60,164 nt of DNA, from assembly GCA_021731295.1 (NCBI GenBank), contig JAKFXQ010000014.1:1-60164 (forward strand), read 5' to 3'. The DNA comes from Patescibacteria group bacterium. GTDB lineage: Bacteria > Patescibacteriota > Minisyncoccia > Phycocordibacterales > UBA2100. Below the pieces are notes generated by a model. That model made no database searches. It was not told where the DNA came from and worked only from the letters and a program-made list of their open reading frames with translations. Positions 47,974-55,480 of this stretch are shown here, piece by piece (position 1 is the first letter of the stretch; every line of letters starts with the position of its first letter). A program made the translations under genes and the position numbers.

Positions 47974-49421
47974 CCTGCCAGAGTACACCGGTTGGCGGGA
48001 AGTGTGCGCTCGCAATACGCGCGTATCGCATCGTGTTCGAAGAACGACGAGAGATTGCTGAACGCTTGTCCCACGCAGTACGTTTGCAATTCCCCATCAG
48101 TAAGGAGGCAGAGTTGGAATAGATTTCCCGCGAGCGTGTCGGCTGACCCGGAAGACTGATACTTCATCGCAAGTGCGATGCCGCTCACGCACGCGCGAAG
48201 TTCGAGCATGTCGGTGAGTGGGCGACAGAGCGCGAACGCGCGCTCTGGAGTTGGCGTCGCCAGTTCGTGTCGCACTTCGTCATCGAACAGTGCCTGCAGC
48301 ACTGGTTCGCGGACGGAGCGGGGAAGTGTGCGCATGTGTCGCAGTGTTTCGTCGTAGGATTTGGCGAAGTGGCGGTTCATCCCAAGCGTCAGTTCGACGA
48401 AACACCGGAACTGATACTCGACCGGCTCGTCGAAACACAGCCGGTCCGTTGTTTCAGTGTAGGTCAGCTCATAACTCCGACTTGAGTGCGCATTGGCGAG
48501 TGAATTGTAGACACCAGACATGCAGACCTCACGTCCATGTGCATCGTCCGTGAAGCGTTCGCACTGTGCGGTGACCATCTCGACCATTGCCCCTGCGTCT
48601 CCCCAGAGCGAAGCATCAACCATGTCGAAGAGCGCGTGACCAACGCCGTGGTAGCAGGCATTCATGGCGCGAGCACGTGCGGACCATGTGGGGAGTGCAT
48701 CAGAATCCATGATGCTATCGCAATACGTGCGGGCTTCGGTTAAATCACCAATGCCGCGCTCGAGCATCATTGTCTCGATGAACCCGTGATAGAAACCATA
48801 GCCGCAGGCGATGGTCATTGGATGTGAGTACACAGCTTCCGGATTCTCCGCGTACGCATCGTACGCGGCGGCGCCAACAACGTGCATGACGTCGTGACAT
48901 TGCGATGCGAACTCTGGCGACTCCTGCGCGATTGCCGCAGCATTCAGTGCGGCCTCCAAGCCGTCAGACTTTATGATACGGCCGAGCTCCTGCCCCCAAC
49001 AGAATGCTTGAACGGTGGCTTGTCCGTACGTCTCCAAACATTCATCCAGCGAGCGTTGTACGCCCAGCACATGCACGACGCCGCGTACGCCCGGGGCTAA
49101 GTGGTCGTGGAATGGCCACGTGCCGGGGAACTCGACGATGTACTGCCACGTACCTGTGGGGGCAATTGCACGTTTCGGGTCAAAAGTGCGAAGCACTGCG
49201 TGTGATGGATGGGCATCCGATGCTGGCCAGAATGGTTTCCCATGCATCGCTCGGAATTCAATCGTATCCCCAAGGCGCGCCGTAACCTCGCGCGGCTCAA
49301 AGCCGTTCGCTGTTCGATAAATGGTGATGGTGCGTGGTTCCGTGGAAGGGGACGCAATGACTAGACCAGTGGTCACTATAACGACGCCGAGTATGGCTAT
49401 GGACAGACGGGTAGGAACCAT
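47970..49421 (-). CDS. Anchored protein with N-terminal cupredoxin-like domain and Cys/His-rich helical C-domain
   Basis: 483 aa. TM anchor. ITIYRTANGFEPREVTARLGDTIEFR...GTWPFHDHLAPGVRGVVHV resembles a cupredoxin beta-sandwich. No known match for the remainder. Confidence 0.6.
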   Translation of the reverse strand: MVPTRLSIAILGVVIVTTGLVIASPSTEPRTITIYRTANGFEPREVTARLGDTIEFRAMHGKPFWPASDAHPSHAVLRTFDPKRAIAPTGTWQYIVEFPGTWPFHDHLAPGVRGVVHVLGVQRSLDECLETYGQATVQAFCWGQELGRIIKSDGLEAALNAAAIAQESPEFASQCHDVMHVVGAAAYDAYAENPEAVYSHPMTIACGYGFYHGFIETMMLERGIGDLTEARTYCDSIMDSDALPTWSARARAMNACYHGVGHALFDMVDASLWGDAGAMVEMVTAQCERFTDDAHGREVCMSGVYNSLANAHSSRSYELTYTETTDRLCFDEPVEYQFRCFVELTLGMNRHFAKSYDETLRHMRTLPRSVREPVLQALFDDEVRHELATPTPERAFALCRPLTDMLELRACVSGIALAMKYQSSGSADTLAGNLFQLCLLTDGELQTYCVGQAFSNLSSFFEHDAIRAYCERTLPANRCTLAG

Positions 49422-49473
49422 GCGAGAGAGTATACGGCCTTCAACCGCCGGAGCGCTGTGCTACACTCGCGGC

Positions 49474-50325
49474 ATGGCATTCTCGGCAGTTGAGACTCTA
49501 AAGACCGGCTGGAGCCTCTTCAAGCGCCGTCCAGGGTTTTTTATCGCCGTCTCACTTGGATTCGGCGTCGTGTTTTGGGTCTTAGGAGAATTCACCGATG
49601 ATAAACAGGCTCATGGCCTAATGCGCTTCCTCTTGACCATCGCGTCCTTTGTCATTGGTGTCGTCATCGAAATGTTTCTCATAAATTTTGCGCTTGCCGC
49701 CCATGACCACCCGGAGACCGTCGAACTTTCTGAAGGAAAGGTACGGATGCCGTTCTGGCAGTACGCGGCAGCAAAGATAGCAGTAGCCATCGTCGTCGTT
49801 ACCGGATTTTTCCTACTCATCATCCCCGGTGTCTTTGCTTTGCTGGCGCTTATGTTCACGAACTATCTCGTCGTGGATAAGAATCTCACTTTCATCGACG
49901 CGATGAAAGAAAGCTATCGCATCACCCGACCGCACTGGCTAGAGCTCTTCCTTCTCCTCGTCATGCTCATCGGCATTAATATCATCGGCGCACTCTTTCT
50001 TTTCGTAGGGCTTCTGGTCTCCGTACCAGTTTCCATGCTCGCGATGGCACACGCGTACCGCACACTCTCTAATCAGACACACACGACACCTATTCCCACG
50101 GTTGTCGAAACGCTCATGAATCCGTTTTGGATTATGTTGAGCGGCTTTCTCTTTGCTATTGCCCCTATCGTGCTGTCCGTGATTGCAGACCTGACTCAAG
50201 AGAATGCCTATACGGATGGGTCGGGCATGGTGTTCCTCCTTGCGTTCGCCACAGTACCAATTGGAGGCGTCGTCATCCTGCTCGGTGCCATCAAAGCTGT
50301 ATGGGATTACCTGCACAAGAAATAA
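49474..50325 (+). CDS. Multi-pass membrane protein (DUF975-like N-terminus)
   Basis: ORF trimmed to MAFSAVETLKTGWSLFKRRPGFF... At least six hydrophobic segments. Confidence 0.6.
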   Translation: MAFSAVETLKTGWSLFKRRPGFFIAVSLGFGVVFWVLGEFTDDKQAHGLMRFLLTIASFVIGVVIEMFLINFALAAHDHPETVELSEGKVRMPFWQYAAAKIAVAIVVVTGFFLLIIPGVFALLALMFTNYLVVDKNLTFIDAMKESYRITRPHWLELFLLLVMLIGINIIGALFLFVGLLVSVPVSMLAMAHAYRTLSNQTHTTPIPTVVETLMNPFWIMLSGFLFAIAPIVLSVIADLTQENAYTDGSGMVFLLAFATVPIGGVVILLGAIKAVWDYLHKK

Positions 50326-50343
50326 GCACGTCGCCGTAAAACT

Positions 50344-50775
50344 ATGCCTGCATCTGAGTCGCTCACAATCTTCACCGACGGCGGTGCGCGCGGGAACCCA
50401 GGGCCCGCCGCGATAGGCGTTGTTATCTACGAGGGGGAGAAGAAAGTTGCCGAAGCGGGGCAATTCATCGGTGAGAAGCAAACAAACAACTGGGCGGAAT
50501 ACGAGGCAGTTATTTTCGCTCTGGGCAAACTCTTTGAACTCGAGCGACGCGATTCCGATATTGATTTCAAACTCGATAGCCTGCTTGTTGTTGAGCAACT
50601 GAAAGGTAACTGGAAAATCAAAGAGCCTGCGCTCAAACTGCAGGCGGAAAAAGTACGCTCGCTCTTGAAAGAATTCGGTCGCGTCACGTTTTCCCACATT
50701 CCTCGGGAGCAAAACAAAGAGGCCGACGCGCTGGTGAACGACGCGCTCGATGCGGAAGGCTTGCATGCCGCGTAG
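50344..50775 (+). CDS. rnhA: Ribonuclease HI
   Basis: 143 aa. IFTDGGARGNPGPAA, NNWAEYEA, DS.LVV.Q, ANKEADALVN-type C-terminus. Confidence 0.9.
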   Translation: MPASESLTIFTDGGARGNPGPAAIGVVIYEGEKKVAEAGQFIGEKQTNNWAEYEAVIFALGKLFELERRDSDIDFKLDSLLVVEQLKGNWKIKEPALKLQAEKVRSLLKEFGRVTFSHIPREQNKEADALVNDALDAEGLHAA

Positions 50776-50817
50776 TGCGTACTAGACTGAACCTATTACT
50801 AGATACTCCATGTAAAT

Positions 50818-51105
50818 ATGTCAGGCTTTCTTGATTTTATTCGTGAGCAAGGTGTTGTTGGTCTCGCAGTCGGGTTCATTCTCGGTGGCGCTGTGTCGAA
50901 AGTCGTTACAGCGGTGGTAAACGATATTGTGAATCCGCTTCTCGGTCTCGTCCTGGGCTCTGCGGAAGGTTTGCGTGCCATGTCGCTCGGCCCAATTCTC
51001 CTCGGTGACCTCTTCGTCGTGTTTATTGATTTTATGGTCATTGCCGCGGTCGTCTATTTCGGCGTGAAAGGACTTGGTCTCGATAAGATGGATAAGAAAG
51101 CCTAG
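50818..51105 (+). CDS. mscL: Large-conductance mechanosensitive channel, short paralog 1
   Basis: 95 aa. FLDFIREQGVVGLAVGFILGGAVSKVVTAVVNDIVNPLLG. Confidence 0.85.
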   Translation: MSGFLDFIREQGVVGLAVGFILGGAVSKVVTAVVNDIVNPLLGLVLGSAEGLRAMSLGPILLGDLFVVFIDFMVIAAVVYFGVKGLGLDKMDKKA

Positions 51106-51135
51106 CGAGTGACTAGTGCCAATTGAGATGTTCGT

Positions 51136-51489
51136 ATGTCAGATGAGACAGTAAAAGAATCACGTCGCGACCGAACCATTCTTGCCGCACCGCGGGAAGC
51201 CGTCGGCGGGTTTCTTGAATTCATTCGCGAACGCGGCGTTGCGGGGCTCCTTATCGGCTTTGTGCTCGGCGGCGCGCTCACCAAGGTGACGACTTCTTTT
51301 TCGAACGACATTCTCAATCCCTCGCTCGCCATCGTCTTTGGTTCTACACAAAGGCTCGCTGACGTATCGTTGGGCACCATCGCGATAGGCAAGTTTGCTG
51401 TTGCGGTGATGGACTTCGTCATTCTTGCGCTGGTCTTGTACATTCTCTTCCGCGTCATGGGACTCGACAAGCTGGACAAGCCGAAGTAA
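51136..51489 (+). CDS. mscL: Large-conductance mechanosensitive channel, short paralog 2
   Basis: 117 aa. FLEFIRERGVAGLLIGFVLGGALTKVTTSFSNDILNPSLA. Confidence 0.85.
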   Translation: MSDETVKESRRDRTILAAPREAVGGFLEFIRERGVAGLLIGFVLGGALTKVTTSFSNDILNPSLAIVFGSTQRLADVSLGTIAIGKFAVAVMDFVILALVLYILFRVMGLDKLDKPK

Positions 51490-51593
51490 GGCCACGCATC
51501 TATCGCTACTGACCCGACATCGTTTTGACGCACGTCCTTTGAGGCGCTATACCTCACACGGGACTGTTCACCCCTCGAGAACGGGAGTTCACG

Positions 51594-52256
51594 ATGATAG
51601 ACAAGCAGGCTCTAGACTACGACGCCTTGCGCGACCGTTTCGTACGGTTGTGTGTCGGCGCAGTACCCGAACGACTACGCGAGGAGCGATTCGAGAACGC
51701 GCCAATTGAGTTCGACTACCTCTGTGGCGATTCGCGCTGTCGTTTCGTGTCAGTGGAAGGGAAGAAGCTCTTTCTCGGCACAACGCGACTAGCGATGGAG
51801 ACACCGAAAGGAGGGTTTCACTGGGTCGGCGATTTTGCAATTCAGCTGGACACAGTGAGCAAACTCGTTACCTGCATCGGTTCCGATGAGCGCTCTGGAG
51901 AACACAAGTCAGTTGCGTGGCATCCGCACGTCCATTCGACGAGCACGCCCTGTTTCGGTGACACAGGACTCCACAAGCTCAAACTGTGGTTCGCCGACGG
52001 GAAGCTCGCGCACGCGGGACTCTACGTCATCGAGTTCCTGTGTCTCGCTCGTGGAACGAATCAATATGTTGCGCCTTCGTATTGGCCCCGACTTACGCTA
52101 GAGGAGATTAGTGAATGGAAAGCGAAGCTACCGCAAGAACCGAGATCCTCTTCCCGGCGCGCGAGTTCAACCCAGCTCCCGTCTACATTGGTGGTCTCGG
52201 AGCGCTCGGGGGTCACACGGCAGTGGCGTTGGGGAAGCTCGGAGTCGCAAACTTGA
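51594..52256 (+). CDS. Hypothetical protein with UBC/E2-like H-P-H...Cys motif (candidate prokaryotic E2)
   Basis: 220 aa. GGGAG lies 5 nt upstream of the ATG. A beta-rich core is followed by AWHPHVHSTSTPCFGD (His110-Pro111-His112 at nt 51921-51929, Cys120 at nt 51951). The last ~47 codons are Ser/Arg-rich and overlap the next ORF. Confidence 0.45.
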   Translation: MIDKQALDYDALRDRFVRLCVGAVPERLREERFENAPIEFDYLCGDSRCRFVSVEGKKLFLGTTRLAMETPKGGFHWVGDFAIQLDTVSKLVTCIGSDERSGEHKSVAWHPHVHSTSTPCFGDTGLHKLKLWFADGKLAHAGLYVIEFLCLARGTNQYVAPSYWPRLTLEEISEWKAKLPQEPRSSSRRASSTQLPSTLVVSERSGVTRQWRWGSSESQT

Positions 52257-52816
52257 ATGGATGCGACCGAGACATCGTCAGCCCGCCGAACATTGGCACG
52301 TCCATCTACGGGCCGGCGAACGTCGGGTACACGAAAGCGAGTCAGTGTCAGGCGATTGTCTCCAGTGCCACGTCGGTCTCGATGAGAGCGCATGACTGCT
52401 TCATACAGGAGCAAGACCTCGAAGGTGTCGTCATGATCTGTGTTCACGACATGGATGTCCGGAAGGAAATCCTCTTCGAGCACTGCACGCCACGTAACGG
52501 CGTTCAGCGAGTCGCACGAGTCTTCGAAGGTCGAATGAGCGCGGAGACCATCACTATCCACTCGCTCGATCCCGGGGAGGATGCACACCTCAATGAGTGG
52601 ATGCGCTTCTGGTTTCCGCAGAGCGAAGCACTTCCTGCTCTCGCAGGATGCGGCGAGACGCCTGTCGGTGCGGACTACACGGCCGCAATCGCCGGACGCC
52701 TGATGGCGGCGATGTTCGTCCGTTGGTTCGCGTTCGAAACGGGGCGCGTTCGGAACGCGCCGAATCAGGTGCGGTATGACCTCTCAACATTCGAAGGGAA
52801 GGCATACTACTGGTGA
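52115..52816 (+). CDS. ThiF/MoeB/E1-like adenylation-domain protein
   Basis: 233 aa. GGAGA lies 7 nt upstream of the ATG. Motif order IGGLGALGG (GxGxxG), CDRDIVSPPNIGTS (DxDxV...N), GYTKA, VHDMDVRKE (DxxxxR), as in E1/ThiF Rossmann domains. Confidence 0.65.
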   Translation: MESEATARTEILFPAREFNPAPVYIGGLGALGGHTAVALGKLGVANLNGCDRDIVSPPNIGTSIYGPANVGYTKASQCQAIVSSATSVSMRAHDCFIQEQDLEGVVMICVHDMDVRKEILFEHCTPRNGVQRVARVFEGRMSAETITIHSLDPGEDAHLNEWMRFWFPQSEALPALAGCGETPVGADYTAAIAGRLMAAMFVRWFAFETGRVRNAPNQVRYDLSTFEGKAYYW

Positions 52817-52836
52817 GTGTTTCAAATCACCCTTTT

Positions 52837-52867
52837 GGCCCCGCGGCGTTCTTGACGTCGCGGGGCC
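52837..52867 (+). terminator. Hairpin downstream of the E1-like gene
   Basis: GGCCCCGCG / CGCGGGGCC 9-bp stem with a 13-nt loop, then ATTGTTT. Confidence 0.55.
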
Positions 52868-52954
52868 ATTGTTTACGATTCGTAAGGACCTGCCGCCAAC
52901 CGACCATCATGGGCAGTCGTGCGAGTGTGATGGTTGCAAAGCAAGGAGACGGTC

Positions 52955-53101
52955 ATGTCTGACCGACTGAAAGCGCTCGGAGCGGGCGCCAATATCGTCG
53001 ACGTATCCAGAGTGTCTCCGCCCTCGTCATCGCCGGCCAGTCCGAGTCGCGGACTAACGCCAAGCGAGTCGGCCCGACTCCTTCGGGAGTCCGGCGCCTA
53101 A
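52955..53101 (+). CDS. 48-codon ORF encoding a low-complexity Ser/Pro-rich peptide ending ...LLRESGA
   Basis: Below the ORF-track cutoff, so translated by hand: MSDRLKALGAGANIVDVSRVSPPSSSPASPSRGLTPSESARLLRESGA. AAGGAGA (52943-52949) lies 5 nt upstream of the ATG. A terminator hairpin at 53128-53149 lies downstream. Confidence 0.35.
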   Translation: MSDRLKALGAGANIVDVSRVSPPSSSPASPSRGLTPSESARLLRESGA

Positions 53102-53127
53102 CGCGGTCACGTTTCCGTAGAAGAAGG

Positions 53128-53149
53128 AAGGGGCGCCTCGGCGCCCCTT
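53128..53149 (+). terminator. GC-rich hairpin closing the E2/E1/peptide cassette
   Basis: AAGGGGCGCC / GGCGCCCCTT. Confidence 0.6.
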
Positions 53150-53171
53150 CTGCTTGCGCTATGCTTCACCC

Positions 53172-54596
53172 ATGCAAACGGCGTTTTACGCTGGTGCCTC
53201 GGGACTTTCTCTCGGCATTGCCTACGGACTTCTTGTGGGAAATGGCCTCGCGCCGGTGTTTCTCTGCGCACTACTTGCACTCGTTCTCTTTTTTCTGCGT
53301 CCATCATGGGGCGTTTTCTTTTTCTGTGCCGCGCTCGGTGTGCTGCGCGTTGGGGATGTTGTTGTGGATGCTGCGCTTGAAAATCAGCTTGGTAACGAAG
53401 TGGTGATTGAAGGCAGGATTATCGAGGAGCCAGATATTCGTGAACGGAGCACGCGACTCTCCGTTGAAACAGATTCTGGTGCACGTGTTCTCGTCATAGC
53501 GCAGCCGTATATCGCCGTGCAGTACGGCGAACGCATTCGCGCAGAAGGTACGCTCGGGTTGCCGCGACGGTTCGAAACGGGGGAGGGCCGCACGTTCGAC
53601 TACGCGGGATTTCTGGAGCGTCGCGGCATTCGTTATGAACTCTCGTTCGCGGACATTGAGCGCCTCGACGTGCGAGAGGGCAACGTTGTGATTGCAACTG
53701 CAATCGCCATAAAGCACTGGTATCTCTCTGGACTCACGCAGAGCTTGCCCGAACCACACGCAGGTTTGGCAGGAGGCATTACGGTTGGCGACAAACGTGG
53801 CGTCGGTGAAGACTTAGGCGATGTGTTCCAAACAGTGGGACTCACACACATCGTCGTCTTGTCGGGCTACAACATCATGATTGTCATCGTGCTCATTGAA
53901 AAACTTCTAGGGCCAGCACGATTGCGATTGCGACTCGCGATGAGTATTGTTGTCGCGCTGTTCTTCGTACTCATGACCGGATTTGCATCTGCATCCGTGC
54001 GCGCTGCGGCGATGGCGACCATTGCAACCGTTGGGCGCGCGACGGGACGAGTGTATCTCGCGCTCAACGCACTTATCCTCGTTGCAGCATGTATGATTCT
54101 CGTGAATCCACGACTACTCCTCTTCGATCCAGGGTTCCAACTCTCCATCGTTGCGACATGGGGATTAATCGCGCTCGCTCCACTCATTGAGATGCGGCTC
54201 ACCCGCATTACCGAACGATTCGAGCTGCGCGGAATTATGGGCGCCACCATCGCGACGCAGATTGCAGTCTTACCACTCCTTTTGTTTCAAAGCGGCATGC
54301 TGCCTAGCATGTCATTGCCAGCAAACTTTCTCGTCTTGCCCTTTGTGCCGCTCGCGATGCTGCTGTCGTTCATTGCGGGACTGATTGGAGCAGTGCTACC
54401 GTTCGCCGCTCCCATCTTCGGGTTTCCCGCGCTCGCCGTGCTTGAGTACGTTATTCGTATTTCGGAAGCACTCGCGTCATTTCCACTCAGTACGGCAACA
54501 GTCCCCGCCTTCTCGCCGGTCGTGCTCGCTACTGTCTACGTCCTCCTTATTGCGCTCGTGCAGTCTCGAAGCGCTGCGCAATCACGTCCCAGTTAA
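53172..54596 (+). CDS. comEC: ComEC/Rec2 DNA-uptake channel, membrane portion (DUF4131 plus Competence domains)
   Basis: ORF trimmed to MQTAFYAGASG... OB-like DUF4131 segment (VVIEGRIIEEPDIRERSTR), Competence-domain motif GLTHIVVLSGYNIMIV, and many TM helices. No MBL domain in this ORF. Confidence 0.85.
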   Translation: MQTAFYAGASGLSLGIAYGLLVGNGLAPVFLCALLALVLFFLRPSWGVFFFCAALGVLRVGDVVVDAALENQLGNEVVIEGRIIEEPDIRERSTRLSVETDSGARVLVIAQPYIAVQYGERIRAEGTLGLPRRFETGEGRTFDYAGFLERRGIRYELSFADIERLDVREGNVVIATAIAIKHWYLSGLTQSLPEPHAGLAGGITVGDKRGVGEDLGDVFQTVGLTHIVVLSGYNIMIVIVLIEKLLGPARLRLRLAMSIVVALFFVLMTGFASASVRAAAMATIATVGRATGRVYLALNALILVAACMILVNPRLLLFDPGFQLSIVATWGLIALAPLIEMRLTRITERFELRGIMGATIATQIAVLPLLLFQSGMLPSMSLPANFLVLPFVPLAMLLSFIAGLIGAVLPFAAPIFGFPALAVLEYVIRISEALASFPLSTATVPAFSPVVLATVYVLLIALVQSRSAAQSRPS

Positions 54597-55140
54597 GGTT
54601 TGCGATGAATGCATCGATGTATTTCGCTTTGCCCACAGCACCATAGTCGAGGAGAAACGCATGCTCCCACACATCCATAGCGAGAATGATAGGTAGTGTC
54701 GCAAAGTGTCCCTGATGCTGTTCTCCCGAAAAGCCGACGAGGAATTGTCCGGCGACAGGATCCCAGTAGAGAAGCGCCCATCCTGGGCCACGCATATTTC
54801 CGACAGCTTTGAAGTACTGGAGAAAGAATCCTTTGTATTCTCCGGCAAGCTGTTGCCCAAGAGGAGACTGTGCGTCTAACGGCTTCGCACCGCCTTCGAA
54901 TTGCGCAAAATAGAGTTCGTGTAGCCGCATGCCATCGAATTCGAATGACCGGCGACGGACGAGTTCGGCAAGTGCATGTGCATGTTTCTCACTGTCTTCC
55001 ATGCCGTACTCAACCAGTTTCTGCGATATTGCGTTGAAATTCTTAACATAGCCTTGATACAACTGGAGATGTTCATCTACTGACTTCTGCGAGATACCTT
55101 CGAGCGTTGGAATGCTAAATGTGCGTGGTTCGTAGTTCAT
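54547..55140 (-). CDS. Fe/Mn-family superoxide dismutase
   Basis: 197 aa. HLQLYQGYV, AMDVWEHAFLLDYG. The 3' end overlaps the convergent comEC ORF by 50 nt. Confidence 0.92.
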   Translation of the reverse strand: MNYEPRTFSIPTLEGISQKSVDEHLQLYQGYVKNFNAISQKLVEYGMEDSEKHAHALAELVRRRSFEFDGMRLHELYFAQFEGGAKPLDAQSPLGQQLAGEYKGFFLQYFKAVGNMRGPGWALLYWDPVAGQFLVGFSGEQHQGHFATLPIILAMDVWEHAFLLDYGAVGKAKYIDAFIANLNWDVIAQRFETARAQ

Positions 55141-55160
55141 AAGCGGAGTATATCAAAAGT

Positions 55161-55193
55161 GCGCCCCGCGCCGGAGTTATCCGGGCGGGGCGC
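55161..55193 (-). terminator. Long GC hairpin between the 88-aa ORF and sod
   Basis: GCGCCCCGC...GCGGGGCGC with inner CCGGA-GTTA-TCCGG. Confidence 0.6.
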
Positions 55194-55202
55194 GAGCATT
55201 CC

Positions 55203-55469
55203 TCACTCGTAGAGGAACGAGAGCAGCTGCTTCGACGCCGACAGGCGGCGACGGGCTGCGTTGATTGTGCCGGGCTGACTGCCTTCCGCGATGAGTTTGG
55301 TGACGGCCTCATCCCACCGCGCGTTGAGTGTGCTCCGTACGGAGTTCACGGTGTGCGGCGTGTGCTTCTGTGCTTTGACCCAGATTTTGTCGAGGTCTTC
55401 GGCGACCCGCTTGAGCTGTATGTACTCCTGCGTGTGCGCTTTTTCGAGCTTCGTGTGCACGTCGTTCAA
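55203..55469 (-). CDS. Small helical hypothetical protein
   Basis: 88 aa with charged helical sequence. No motif recognised. Confidence 0.5.
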   Translation of the reverse strand: MNDVHTKLEKAHTQEYIQLKRVAEDLDKIWVKAQKHTPHTVNSVRSTLNARWDEAVTKLIAEGSQPGTINAARRRLSASKQLLSFLYE

Positions 55470-55480
55470 GTCGTCCTCCT

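Noticed and set aside
52776-52970. 64-aa ORF overlapping the end of the E1-like gene, considered as a possible Ubl partner.
   Set aside because: It reads straight through the 52837-52867 hairpin, has no SD, and its sequence (Cys/Arg/His-rich) shows nothing beta-grasp-like and no C-terminal Gly.
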